From Octopus vulgaris (Eukaryota): a stretch of DNA of 64,000 nucleotides. The position numbers and the translations under genes are program-made. Positions within the stretch are counted from its first letter, which is position 1. Every line of letters begins with the position of its first letter. Below the pieces are notes generated by a model. The model worked only from the letters and a program-made list of their open reading frames with translations. It was not told where the DNA came from and did not search any database. Positions 13,687-28,594 of this stretch are shown piece after piece. Location: positions 80,662,001-80,726,000 of the forward strand of contig OX597821.1 of NCBI GenBank assembly GCA_951406725.2. Direction: 5' to 3'.

Positions 13687-14068
13687 ACTTGTTTCAGTTA
13701 TTTCACTGCGGCCATGCTGAAACACCGTCTTTAGTCGAACAAATCGACCCCAGGACTTATTCTTTGTAAGCCTAATACTTATTCTATCGGTGTCTTTTGC
13801 CGAACCGCTAAGTTACGGGGAAGTAAACACACCAACATCGATTGTCAAGCGATGGTGGGGAACAAACACAGACACACAAATACATACATATATATATATA
13901 AACGACAGGCTTCTTTAGGTTTCCGTCTACCAAATACACTCACAGGGCTTTGGTTGGCCCGAGGCTACAGTAGAAAACACTTGCCCAAGGTGCCACGTAG
14001 TGAGACTGAACCCGGGAACCATGTGGTTGGGAAGTAAGCTTCTTACCAAATGATCACTTCTGCGCCTA
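13687..14068 (-). mobile_element. tRNA-derived SINE (family B), near full length
   Basis: Reverse complement reads GGCGCAG..GTG..TTTGGTAAGAAGCTT...GGGTTCAGT...GGCACCTTGGGCAAGTG...CCCGTAACTTAGCGGTTCGGC...CAGCATGGCCGCAG. Confidence 0.85.
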
Positions 14069-14109
14069 ATCTAGTTTTAATAACAGTTTTCAAATTTTTT
14101 CCTGATAAC

Positions 14110-14355
14110 GATATCTTAATAACTATAATTAATTTATCTTATTAATTTCTTAATGACTTAGTCTTAACTGTATCTTGATAATTGTATCTTACTTAGCTGT
14201 CTTAACGTGTGTCTTAATAGTTATGTCATAGTAATTAATTTAACTATGTCATAGTAACTTAGTAACTGTAACCGAATAACTACATTCATAACTGTATCTT
14301 AATTATATTTGATAACTACAAAAATTATCGTATCTTAAATATCTTAATTAATTAA
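14110..14355. repeat. Degenerate AT-rich minisatellite (~CTTAATAACTGTAT units)
   Basis: Recurrent ATCTTAATAACT / AACTGTATCTT motifs. Confidence 0.55.
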
Positions 14356-14499
14356 GTTTGGAGTTTGAGATTTTTCGGTCTTTTCAAAATATTGCTGTTA
14401 TAAATTGTTTTAATGAGAGTTTCAAACGTTATGTATGAACCCAAATTCAAATGGGGGAAAGAAAATGGAAGTACTATTACACATGAATATATTACACGT

Positions 14500-14500
14500 G

Positions 14501-14588
<88 letters not shown>

Positions 14589-14710
14589 CTGGTAGTGGCG
14601 TGCTGGTGGTGGGGTGGTAGTGGTGGTGGTGGTGGTGGTGGTGGTGGTGTAGTGGAGCTGATGGTGACTGCTGCAGCAGCGGCAGAAGCAGCAGCAGCAG
14701 CAGCAACAGC

Positions 14711-14768
<58 letters not shown>
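14500..14768. repeat. Compound trinucleotide microsatellite (AGC)n/(AGT)n/(GGT)n
   Basis: Directly visible. Confidence 0.95.
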
Positions 14769-15214
14769 TGGTCACCAGGTCAGAATTTTAAAGGTGACGA
14801 AGAATAATCGATTAAATAACCAGTGCTTAAATCTATCGACGCCGAAAGGGCGAATATAATTAAAAGAAAAATTATGAGCTGCATTGCTATTATTTCCAGC
14901 ATTTAAAGTATCAAAATACTAAATAATTTGGTACCACACTTTCGTCACGTCTGTTTGCTTGATTGATTATTTGAGTGCCCAGTCTGGTATATAAGAAACT
15001 GCTAATTATTGATAACTACAAACTAAAAATATTTTTTATGGTCCTTTGGTGTATTTTTTCGCATTATCGCACTTATATGTATGTGTGTGTATACATACAT
15101 GCCTATATATACATGTATGTATATGTATATACATATATATATACATGTATGTATTTATGTGTGTATATATATATATGTGTGTGTGCGTATGTATATATAT
15201 ATATGTATGTATAT

Positions 15215-15565
<351 letters not shown>

Positions 15566-16099
15566 ATATATACATACATACATACACAAGCATATATCTA
15601 TATATGTATATATTTGTGTGTGTGTATATGTATGTGATCGCGCGTGTGTGTGTGCGCGCGTGTGTGTGTGCGCGCGTGTGTGTGTGCGCGCGTGTGCGTT
15701 TGTGTGTATGAGTGTATATACACACACACACTTCAGAAATGTTACTACACACGTGCTTTTGGCAATTTTTTTTCTTTCTCGGAGCTTTTCCCTTTCTCTT
15801 TGTCGACTAAGAGCTATGCTCAAAACATCAAACTCTCACTTTTCACCGAGCGTCAAGCTATAGCGTTCCTTGTGCACGTCCTCTCGTTGTCCGTTAATTT
15901 TATTTCTTTTATGCATATATACTCACACAAGTGTGTACAACACAGAGCTATTGGAAGACATTTCGCTGCAGAAATGCTCTCATGGGAAAAGTTCATGTAT
16001 ATATGAAAACACATCAATGGTCTATGAATTACGTCGTCGATAGGTGAAAATCTTCCCATGTCCAAGTGTACACGAGCGTATTAAATACGACGGCGTGCC

Positions 16100-16300
16100 C
16101 GCAGAAACGTTAGCACGCCGGGCGAAATGCTTAGCGGTATTTGGTTTGCCTTTAAGTTCAGAGCTCAAAATCCGCCGAGGTCGACTTTGCGTTTCATCCT
16201 TTCGGGGTCAATAAATTAAGTACCAGTTGCGTACTGAGGTCGATCTAATACACTGGTCCTCTCCCCAAAAAGTTTGAGCCTTGTGCTTAGAATAGAAAAG
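16100..16300 (+). mobile_element. tRNA-derived SINE (family A)
   Basis: GCAGAAACGTTAGCACGCCGGGCGAAATGCTTAGCGG...CCGCCGAGGTCGACTTTGC.TTTCATCCTTTCGGGGTC. Confidence 0.85.
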
Positions 16301-16681
16301 AAATATGATGGCACACATGCTTCGTGCGCTCCTACTTTTATTAACTCCAGTTTTAGCGCCAAGTTTTGTGCACATCACCATATGTCATATTTGCCGTTTT
16401 CATTTATAAGAACTTCAATTTCTTCAGGGCTGTGGCCAACTGAGTTTAGTATTCGTAGCTGATGAGCGCTAAAAACACAAAGACATAGGCGTCCTACGGA
16501 TCGATGACGACTTTCATTGCCCAATGATGGGTTTTCACACATATTGAATATGAAGCGGATTTTTCTCCCAAGAGTATTTCCACAGCAGAAAAGTCTTACC
16601 ACGTCCGATATGTGTGTACATATATATATATATATATATATGTACATACATATATATATGTACATACATATGTACATATAT

Positions 16682-17175
16682 ACTAGCATTAAAGACACGT
16701 CGTTGCCGGGTCATAGTGCTAGTGCATGTATATATGTGTATATATATATATGTGTACATATTACATATACATCTATATATAGACATCTACACATAAAATA
16801 CAAAATACAAAGTTATATCTTGATATCGCTAGTGATAACAATACTCAAAATAGATAACAAACTGGAATTGTTAGCCCGTCTCTTGTAATTTCGATCAATT
16901 GTATATTTTATTGTTAAAGTGAAAGTATCTGACATAAAATAGAGAAATGTTTTTGTTTCACTTTTAACACGTAATACTGAAGTAGTGGAGAAGATATGAT
17001 ATTGCTATGGGCTCGCTCTAGGTAAGAAGTTGAACATTTTTTTCCCATGAAACTACATGGACCCTAAGTAAGGCATGTGTAAAATTTGAATGAAATTGGT
17101 TGTGTAGTTCTCAAGTTTTAGGGAAACACACAGACAGACAGACAGACACACATTCTCAGTTTTATATATATAGAG
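16682..17175 (-). mobile_element. Non-autonomous Helitron
   Basis: Minus strand begins TCTATATATATAAAACTGAG...(GTCT)n and ends GACCCGGCAACGAC...GCTAG|T; internal blocks match the 5' region of the Helitron at 4075-4950. Confidence 0.75.
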
Positions 17176-17288
17176 ATATATGTGTGTGTGTGTGCGTGTG
17201 TGTGTGTATGTATGTATGTATATGATGGGAGTGTGTATGCACGTGTATGCGCATATATGTGTGTATCTATCTATACATATATGTGTAT

Positions 17289-17358
<70 letters not shown>

Positions 17359-17859
17359 GGGTACACACACGTACATACACACATTCATATATGCATTACA
17401 GCTCACGGCCACCACTTACCCTATTCATAATTACTTTACGGTTGTCTCAAATAATATTTGTATGTGTGTGTGTGTGTGCTCGCGTGTTTGTGCGTGTGTG
17501 TGTGTTTGTGCGTGTATGTGTTTGTGTGTGTATGTGTTTGTGATTGTATGTGTTTGTGCGTAGTGTATAAAACTCACATTGAGTTTGACTCGATAGTTAC
17601 TCCTATCGAAATTAATTACTCCATAAAATTCTTAACCAGTTCTTGGCCTTTCTATGTGCCACAAAACAATTGAAAGAGAGAGAGGGGGGGTGAAGGTGAG
17701 TGAGGGAAAAGTTTAGAGAGAGGAGTGAACGACAGATAGATAGATAGAGAGAGAGAGAGCAAATTTTTTTTCTTGCTTTTCTAATCTTCAAAACGCTCAG
17801 TTCTCGTAAATGACAGAGAAAATAAATTTCTTGAAAAGTGTCTGCAAAAAAAAACAAAT

Positions 17860-17936
17860 AAATAAATAAATAAATAATAGCAACAACAACTGCAACAACA
17901 ACAACAACAACAATAAATATGATGATAACAATAATG

Positions 17937-18029
<93 letters not shown>

Positions 18030-18180
18030 ATAGCAATAACGATGATGATGATTATGGTAGTGGTGTTGGTGGTGGTGGTGGTGGTGATGTTGGTGATGAC
18101 GATGATGGTGGTGATGATGATTATTATTATTATTATTATTATTATTATGAAAATGCTGAGGATGATGATTATGAAATTAA
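17860..18180. repeat. Compound trinucleotide microsatellite (CAA/TAA/TAG/GGT/GAT/TTA)
   Basis: Directly visible. Confidence 0.95.
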
Positions 18181-18292
18181 TATTAACCATAAAATGATAA
18201 TAGTGAGGTTGCGTCTTTATGTTTTCCTCTTCTATTCGGTTCCAACGAAGAATATAAATCTTTTGGGGGGTTTATACACTCACACACACACA

Positions 18293-18343
<51 letters not shown>

Positions 18344-18753
18344 GTTGTGTGTGTGTGTGTTGCGTGTTCTGTTTATTTTGGTGTATTTTCGACACATTGT
18401 TGATATAAAGTTTTAACATTTAAGCAAGATAGAAAACAAAAATTTCGTTAAAACAAAAACAAAAAAATGTTGGAAACTAAACTTATAAAAGAAAACAAAC
18501 TCATTGCAACACACACACTCACACATGTACACACACGCACACATACACACACACATACGCATGTCTGTGTGCATGTGTGTGTGCGTAAGTATGTGTAGAT
18601 ATGTGAGGGTAAGTATGCAAGTGTAAATATATATATACATATATATATATATGCGCATACATATATTCATATATGAAGTCGCACATGCATATACATAGTA
18701 TTACGAATATACATACATATATATATATATATGTGTGTGTGTATGTATGTATG

Positions 18754-18784
<31 letters not shown>

Positions 18785-19455
18785 GTGTGCATGTATATAT
18801 ATGTGTGTGTGTGTGTGTAGTTAAAGAGAAATATTTTTAAATACATAAAAACAAAGAACATATGTGTGTATTTGTGTGTATGTGTTTGCGTGTGAGGACA
18901 TCTATGTATGTCTGTGTGTATGTCTAAATGTATATAAGTATACATGGATGTATGTATAATCATAAGTACGCATATAACATACATTGTATACCGTTGAGTT
19001 GTGTTTTAAATAAAGAGATTTAAAACGAAGTAAAACGAACTAAAACCAAGCGAGATATGTCAAATGCTTGGCTGCCATCTTGTATTTTTGTTTCTCTCCC
19101 TTTTGTGCAGTCTTTATTTTATGGGGATGTTTTTTGATTGCTTTTTTTTTTGCTTTTCTTTTTCGTTATTATACGTACATTCTTGCTTCCTTTTTTGTTT
19201 CTCACCTTTATTTTTACGATATATATGGCCTTATTTACGATTTATGTTCCGAAACGATAGGAACAGAAAGTCTGGCTTTTTATCTGACGCTCTTCTCTGA
19301 GATGTTTGTTTTTCTGGGCCAATTTTGCAAACTATTTCTTCCTCTCTTCACCCCGCCCCTCCCCTCGACTCGCTCTCCCCACACACACACACATATATAT
19401 ATAAATACAAACACACACACACACACAAATAAATATATATGTATAATATATGTAT

Positions 19456-19515
<60 letters not shown>

Positions 19516-20279
19516 ATATATATGTCTATAAATATATATATATATATTCATATATATATATATATATGTGTATATGTATATATACATATATGCATATAAA
19601 TATACATATATGTATATACATATATACATATATATACATATATATATATATATGTATGTGTGTGTATGTGTAATTGTATGTTGCTTGTGCGAGTATGCGT
19701 TTGTATATATGCGTGTGTGAGTTGCGTGTGCGTGCGCGCGTCCGTGTGTGTATGGATTGGTATATTTTCGTATGTCACATTTTGCTTCCAAGTTGTTTGG
19801 TCTGACAATACCTATTTTTTTAGTTGGTTTCGTGTTGAGCAGTTTGTGGAGTGGAGAACGAGTGAGCGAGGGAGTGAGTTTGTGATCATGGTTCTGTATA
19901 TATGTGTGTGAGTGTAATAATAGAGTGTGTGTGCTCACCTACACAAAATTTCAGTTCGTACAACTATATACACACACTTATACGTGTACAACAAAGCAAT
20001 TAGAAACTCACCGTTTATATGCGTCTAATTATGCAGTCGTGTGTACATGGTTCTTAACCGCTTAGTCAGGTGAAAGGACAGAGTCTATAACTCTTTGCAG
20101 GGTCTCCGAGATTGGCGATAGGTTTGAAGAAAGGTGTCTTGAAAACAAATACTTGGCAAGAGAACTTCGCTAAAAGTGCGCAAGGACCAGGTAATGGTGT
20201 TAAACCGGGTGAGGAACTGATGCCTACCATCCAAATAAGCAACAACGGGTTTTGAACACGGGACGAAAAGAGCCGATGC

Positions 20280-21010
<731 letters not shown>

Positions 21011-21289
21011 GTGGTGATGAAAATCAATTGGTAGAGACCATCCAAATATGTGTCATGACTGACAACACGTTATTCCACATCCGCTCTAACATCTTAAGAA
21101 TGAAAGATAACCGTGAGGATTAGTGCATTATATAGCTGTTGGATTACGGCCAATGAATATCATTTCCTCCTCTGGACACACACCGCCACCACCATCAACA
21201 ACAACATCAAAGCCACCAAGGTCTCTACCACCACAACCACAACTAATAAAGACACTACCAACACATTGGAATACTACTTCCACAAACGT

Positions 21290-21744
21290 GAAGGCACGTA
21301 GCTTAGCGCCTAGCGCATTCGGCTTACGACTGTAAGGTCGTGAGTTCGATACACAGCAGCGGGTTGTGTTCTGCGAGCGAGACGCTTTATTTCACGTTGC
21401 TCCAGTCCCTTCAGCTGAAAAAAATGAACAGCACGTGTATTCCAAGGGGCCAACCTCGTCATATTCCGTGTCACACTGATTCACGCCGAGAACTACGTCA
21501 AGAGCACGAGTATACTCTCTTTACTCTTCTACTTGTTTTAATCATTTGACTGTGGCCATGCTGGAGCACCGCTTTTAGTCGAGTAAATCGACCCCAGGAC
21601 TTATTCTTTGTAAGCCTAGTACTTATTCTATCGGTCTCTTTTGCCGAACCGCTAAGTTACGGGGACGTAAACACACCGGTTGTGAAGCGATGTTGGAGGG
21701 ACAAACACAGACACGCAAACATATACACACACACACACACACAC

Positions 21745-21823
<79 letters not shown>

Positions 21824-22110
21824 TACATATATATATATATACGAAAGGCTTCTTTCAGCTTCCGTCTACCAAATCCACTCACAAGGCTTTGGTCGGTCCG
21901 AGGCTATTGTAGAAGACACTTGCCCAAGGTGCTACGCAGTGGGACTGAACCTGGAACCATGTGGTTGGTAAGCAAGCTACTTACTACACAGCCACTTCCA
22001 CGCCTGCGTAGAGTGCTCAATTACTTGCAGGTTAATTTCACGAGCAAGCTGTTCCCTTGATCAAATCAACAGGAACGCTAGTCAACGTAACCAACGAAAG
22101 GCCAGATTTC
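21290..22110 (+). mobile_element. tRNA-derived SINE (family C) interrupted by an antisense family B SINE (21525-22005)
   Basis: GAAGGCACGTAGCTTAGCG...GTGAGTTCGAT...TTTATTTCACGTTGCTCCAGTC head shared with 51773-52030 and 43070-43195; inserted copy matches 13687-14068. Confidence 0.7.
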
Positions 22111-22229
22111 ATCACCATCACTAACAGCAACAGCAACATCGCGAATAACAACACTTTTAATGAGACTGAGCCAAAGAGAACTAGCAGTCAAATTTCCCTC
22201 GTATCAAACTGTAGATAACCTCAAAAGAA

Positions 22230-22546
22230 AGATGACTTAGCGAAGTACTTCTTGTGTTAGATACAACTAAAGGCTGGACATCTCTTACTGAGAAACAGCC
22301 ACGCTCCAGAGTTCGTGCTTCAAGGTTGTTCAAATCAGGAGCGAAAACGTAATGGAGAGGGGGTGCGTTGAAGAAGCTAAAGGAGAATAAGGGAAATACT
22401 GTGCTGATTGAGGAAGAAATTGTGGTGGAGGTTATATCGATCAATAAAATGCCAGACCGTCTACATGCATCTGACGAACTTTACTCTGCGTGCTTTAGCT
22501 TCGTTACTATGGCAACAGTCCGGATATTTATTGATCAGACCACGTA
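22230..22546 (+). mobile_element. Old mariner 3' remnant with right TIR
   Basis: Terminal AGTCCGGATATTTATTGATCAGACCACGTA resembles mariner TIRs ending in TA; upstream GAGAGGGGGTGCGTTGAAGAAGCTAAAGGAGAATA resembles the C-terminal CVE..GEY of mariner transposases. Confidence 0.45.
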
Positions 22547-22739
22547 AATGTTCATACATACACACACACACACACACACATACACGGCATTGACTGTAAG
22601 AGTCCTCCAAGAAAATAAAGAAATAAATTATTGTTGTTGTTGATGTCATCTTTGACAGTTACTGCGAACCTGCGACGGCTTTTACAGCGCTCTCGCTAAG
22701 AAAGCGATTTTACCTGGAATATGTAATACTTTCAAATTT

Positions 22740-22930
22740 TAGCACAAGGCCAGTAATTTCAAGAGAGGGGCTTAGTCGATTACATTGACCCCAGTGTTCA
22801 ACTGGTACTTATTTTCTCGACCCCGAAAGGATGAAAGCAAGGTCGACTTCAGCCAAACTTGAACCTAGAACGTGAAGACAGACAAAAGCATTCTGCCCGG
22901 CATGCTATCGATTCTGCCAGCTCGCCACCT
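22740..22930 (-). mobile_element. family A SINE
   Basis: GCACAAGGCCAG...GACCCCGAAAGGATGAAAG...GATTCTGCCAGCTCGCCACC. Confidence 0.8.
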
Positions 22931-25149
22931 TGGAATACGTATAATAATAAAAGTGAAATTTTGTCCGTCTGGGACCCTTGTATTTCAGTCCATATTTGCT
23001 CTACATAGACATATATATTTTGGAATCAGGATGATCCCGGGATTGAAAATCTACCCTTCATTTGGTTCTTGAATATCCAGTATTGGGATCTGATTTAAAA
23101 TCATTTGGGTTGCTATATCTAGCAGCTAAAGCTTGGCTGATTCACGCCATCCTGGTTGACGTTTGTCAGATAGCATCAGAGATCAAGGGAGAGATAAATG
23201 ACATTCGCTTCGTTAATTTTACGACGAGATAAGAAGGTTGGGACAAATTGGCCAACATATGGAATTCAACTTGGGACTGGAAGAATAGAACGATTGCATT
23301 ACAGAATTAATTCTCATCGTATTACAGTCATGTTACTTAGCTCTTCTTAATTTGAGGCCGCACGCCCAATTAACCCTCCGCAGGAGTCATTTTAAAAGTG
23401 CACACGGAGTGTGGCTTTTAAGCTGGTTTAATAATAAAAGTTCTTTTGTTCTCATTTTCGCTTTGAAGAGTTAATAAAGGTTTTTGAATACACAAACGCT
23501 TCTGTCTTACTCTGTCTTATTCTGTTTTATTCTAGGATGGCAGGAAAGTTCGTCTTTCACACTGTTTATTTAACTCTGATTATATTTCTGGCAAGCGGCC
23601 ATTTGCAGTGTTCACTGTGTTTCATCAGGGCAATGTCAGTGGTAGCAGGAGGAGATACATGTCATAATAGTATTAATCGCTTCAATAGGGGAAAAAATAG
23701 TAATGTAGAACCCCACCAACCGATTTTGGAGGAAAACAAAAATTTATGCGAAAAGAAGTAAACAGATAAATACATGGCGATTGAACAAACAAATGCAACC
23801 ACGAACAGTTACCGTTGCATATTAAAGAATACAAAAATTAGCGCTAGAGATATTAATTTAAACCGTATGAATAGAAATGAATGCATCAATAAGAATTCGC
23901 AATTCTTGCCAATGTGATGAGTTACAAGGAGTTAAGATATAAGCAAGATGCCTAAAAGAAATAAAACGCGTAGACACGGTTAGTCATATGAGGAAATGCT
24001 TCTTTGCTCGAAGATTTTATACAAAGAGAAAAATGACAGGAATAGTTGCCGAATATCTTCGAAGAAGCTGGAAGGATCTCAAGCTGGAGGAGTTGAAGAG
24101 AGTTCAAGTCGAAGTATGGAAAATACTTATTCCATCGGTAAGGCTTAGGCGTGGAAAAGTGTCGTTACTGTCCAGCAGTGAAAAAGTGAAAAAGTAAGAA
24201 ATTGGTGGCAGACCACAGCAGGAGTAACAAAAACAACACACCAGTTGAGTGAAGACTTTGGGTATCAATACCAGTGTTTCCAGAGCATTACTGGCAGCAG
24301 CTGCGAGGATTTCAAAAATCAGTTTGGCTTCTGTGCTACAAACACAAAGCTAATATGATAGGGTACCAGAAAACCAATTGGGTCACCCAAGAGAATCAGA
24401 ACTACAGTGTCACTCCATCCTCTTTCAAAGACGGTAAGGTGATTAAACCTTTGAACCCTGACCTCCTGAACCTTATTTTACCACATACCTGGCATTCCAC
24501 CGGTGCTACTGTATAGAGGGAAATAAGCCATCCATCCGTAAACCGGTGTTACGGGCTCGAAGGGTTAATCATGGAATAAAACGAGAAACTGTCAGTGACA
24601 GTGACGAGGGATAAAGAAAAGGAGTGAACTCACTCAAAAAACAAGAAAGTTACATTAAATCTTCCAAGAAATAGCGCCGGTCTATTTGCAGAGTATATGC
24701 GTCCGGCTGTTCCAACCAGAACAAGAAACTAATGTAACTGTTGAGTAAACTGAAGAGCGAGGGGGACTTATTGAGGAGGTGGGAAGCCATTACATGAAAA
24801 ATCAGAATTAGAAGTTTATCAGTAACTAGAGATAAACTACTCAGCGAATGTGCGAGACTTTATGAGACTTCGGCCAAAACTAAAAACGCAGGTGATCGAA
24901 ATAAATCAAAGGAGGTGGGAGTCATTGAATACCCAGATTCTTGCTTGGGTGGCGATTTCTAACCTTTGTGTGAGCGGGTAACTCACACCTGTTTTTCTTT
25001 ACCAAATATTTAATCAGAAGTAATATATTATCCCCTTCTTCAATTTATAATGTGTGTGTGTGTGTATACATCCCTTTTATTTTCTACGACGGATTTTGTT
25101 TGATATTGTATGAGCTCGTGTGACCAATGGAAAAAGATTTATTATTATT

Positions 25150-25365
25150 GAATTCAAATTTTGGCAAAAGGTCAACAATTTCAGGGGAGGGGCTCAGTCG
25201 ATTACACAGGCCCCTATTGCACAACTGATACTTATTATATCAAATCCCGAAAAGATGAAAGGTAAAATCGACCTCGACGGAATTTGAATTCAGGACGTAA
25301 AGACGGACGAAATGCCGCTAAGCATTTGGTTTGGTCTGCTAACGATTCTGCCAGCTCACCACCTG
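25150..25365 (-). mobile_element. family A SINE (a further degenerate copy lies at ~25765-25930)
   Basis: CCCGAAAAGATGAAAGGTAAAATCGACCTCGACGGAATTTGAA...GCTAACGATTCTGCCAGCTCACCACC. Confidence 0.8.
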
Positions 25366-26199
25366 GGATTATTATTATCATTATTGATATTACTTATTAG
25401 ACTGGCTCGTGATGGGGGAGTGGATTACTAAAGTAAGTATTTTTGTAGGATGAGGAGTAAACTGCTGTCGTAAAAAAGGGGAGATTTAGTTTTGTATCTT
25501 TTCTTGTTCGAAAGTAAGTACATATTTTATCTGTTTAAAAAGTATTTATGGTGAAGCAAATTCTTTGACACTATTTTCTATACGCTCTGAAAGCCATTCA
25601 AAAATCAGGAAATGACGCATTAAACTATTCCTCACCAAGGAGATGAAATAAAATTAAAACCTATCTGGAATTGTCAATACAGCTGCTGTAAAGCAGAATG
25701 CTACTTAGAATTCCCTCAAAGATAAACGATTTATGATGGGAGCACTGCTTAGACCAATGCTGAAAGGAGGGGTTTAGCCATTACCATCCACTCTAGTATT
25801 TGGTTGGTACTTTATTTTATCGACCTTGAGGGTATGAAAATCAATGTTGACTTCGGCGGGCTTTGAATTCAGAACGTGAGAAACCGGAAGAAATACAAGG
25901 AACATTTTTTCCGAGGTTCAAATGATGGTGCCAATCCAAAGACATTAGCACAAAACTAAAAGAAACACACAACAATGCTAAAATAAACACACAGACAACT
26001 TATATATGTCAGAAACAAAATAAACATGTGACTGTTGACGTATAAGTCTAACGATCGGGTTTCAAATTGCCGCAATGAATTCTTTTTGTTCCCTATAAAA
26101 GAAGCAGTTCTACTCACCATCGGCATTTCGAATCATGAAGATGAAAGAGCGAAAGTCAAGTTTAGAAATTGTAGATTTAGGAATTTGATTGTTCTAAAC

Positions 26200-26536
26200 C
26201 AGTGGTTCTCAACCTGGATCTATATGGCCCCCGAGGATCCATATAAGATTTTGTGGGGTCCACGCAACAAAATAGTAAATTGAGAATCTACAATAGTATT
26301 TTAAGGGCCTCTGAAAAAATACTGCTTTAGATGTATGTATTTAAAAAACATCTAGGTTTCTTTCTCTAACATTTTACATAGTTCAGCCTACACAAGTTAA
26401 TGTGTGAAAAACAAAAGATGAGTTTTGAAAGTTGCCTCTATAAAACTAGTTTTAACCATTGAATGGCTTTGGGAGTCTACCAAAATAAAATAGTAATCAA
26501 ATGGGTCCATAGATAAAAAATGGTTGAGAAGCCCTG
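26200..26536. mobile_element. hAT (Charlie/Buster-type) MITE
   Basis: TIRs CAGTGGTTCTCAACC / GGTTGAGAAGCCCTG; 8-bp TSD TTCTAAAC (26192-26199) / TTCTAAAT (26537-26544), fitting the NTCTARAN preference of Charlie-type elements. Confidence 0.85.
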
Positions 26537-26813
26537 TTCTAAATAAACAGCAAGAAACCCATAATGCCAAAATATGAAGAAAAAATGCAATAAAACAATT
26601 ACGAGAAGGTATTCGTGTTTGTTGACGAAGCATATTTATGTATTTTACGTGTATCTATGTTCATATCTGTATGTTGCATAACTCGATTTTCAACTACGTG
26701 ATTCCAGGTTCAGTCCCACTGCGCAGCATCTTGGCTAGGGTCTTCTACTCTAGCCCCGGACTGACTAATGCTTTGTAAGTAAACCAAGTAGATGGAAACT
26801 GTATGAAAGCCCG

Positions 26814-26859
<46 letters not shown>

Positions 26860-26896
26860 GTATGTGTGTGTGTGTATGTGTGTGTGTATGTGTGTA

Positions 26897-26932
<36 letters not shown>

Positions 26933-27783
26933 AGAAACAAAATAAACATGTGACTGTTGACATATAAATCTAACGGTCAGTTTTCAAATTCCAGCAATCA
27001 ATGAATTCCATTCGCTCATTATAAAAGAGGCAGTTATATTCACTCGCAGCATTTCACATCATGAAGATGAAACAGCGACCATAACTTTTCACTTTCCAGT
27101 CATTCGCAACATCTTTCAGAGCTTGTCACTAATTCCGTTCTTAACCAAATTGAAAACTGTTTATATTTTTAAAGAGGACTGGTCCCTAGCTACATTTTGG
27201 CATAAAAAATTGAGATTTGGTCCAGTAGAAAAAAGTTTACATTCAAAATTTGTAGCAACGTTATAGGAGAGTAAGTAACGCCACCAATCAAGTTTAGATC
27301 TAAATAACTTTTTTTTTTAAAAGCAAAATATATTTATCTTAGCTACAATGATAGAAGAAAGCATGAAGAATTTCATAGTTTTGGTCTCATGCAACAAAAA
27401 TGTGTATCATAAAAGTTGTGAGGTAAAATATCATGAAAAAATATAAGTGGCAAAAATTGGATTTAAGTATAATTAACTTTTTTATTTTAAAAACAAACTA
27501 TATTTTAATTAAGCTTAAACGATAGAGCTCAATTCGAGGAATTTCATGGTATCAATCTCATGCAATGAAGTTTTAAAAGAAAAAAAAGTTATGAGTGTTT
27601 GTTTCTCAAATTTGAGGGTGATAGTATACTATACTTTTTTATGAATATAGTTCTATAAGGGACTTTTAATATATGTCACCGACGTCATTGGGGTAAGGAA
27701 AAATTATCAAAGACACCGCTAATTGACACGTTTGACGCATTATTAATTAGCATAATAATATGGCCTGGAAAAAACATGGATTA

Positions 27784-28594
27784 CATGGAAAATACGAGCA
27801 AGAGAAATAATATTCCTAAGATTATAAACCTGGAAAATTACAGGACAAGTTATTAGACTTTGAAAAGTTCAGAACAACTTATTAGATCTGGTAAAGTCCA
27901 GAACAAGAAAAAGTTTTCCTTAAAATATTACAGCTAAGGATAAAATGTGAATATTAAAAATGTTATCTTAATTTACAGAGTAACATTATAATTAGAAAGA
28001 TACCATCATTTTGTTAAAATATTGACACACTAGAATATTTAAAAAACGAGAGCCAGAAATACCAATATAGCTAAAGTTTTATGCAAAGTAAAATAGTATA
28101 TATGGTAGACAAATTCATTATGTTAAAAATAGCATTGGGTCAAGACTAAAAATGTGAAGACTTGGCAATAACTTAGGCAATAACTAAAGCAAAATATACA
28201 GTTAATATGTTGTTTTAGGTAGATTTTACTGTAATATATAACTAATTTTTGTATTATTCTATTTATTGTACTAACTAATTATGTACTACTATTATTTTTT
28301 TATAATCTATGTTCAAATTTCTAATTATTAATTGATAATTAAAAAAGGAATTTTTCTAAAGTGCAAAATGTATTTTTAATAGAAGTAGCAAGTAATAACA
28401 AATAGAAGTAATAACTTGTAATAAAATTTTTAGTTTAATAAAAGCTAATATTTTCTAAATCTAAATATTTTATTTGAGATTTTATCCTTAGCTGCAATAT
28501 TTCAAGTAAAAATTTTCTTGATCTGTACTTTACCAGATGGAATAGGATGTCCTAATCTTAAGAATATTATTTCTCTTGCTTGCATTTTTCCATG
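27784..28594. mobile_element. Old MITE/foldback element with long degenerate terminal inverted repeats
   Basis: CATGGAAAA..GAGCAAGAGAAATAATATTC..TCTGGTAAAGT..CAGCTAAGGATAAAAT is mirrored by ATTTTATCCTTAGCTG..ACTTTACCAGA..GAATATTATTTCTCTTGCT..TTTTCCATG. Confidence 0.7.

Noticed and set aside
23960-24350. Possible additional R4-like 3' remnant
   Set aside because: Only faint resemblance (…ALLAAAARI); too decayed to call.
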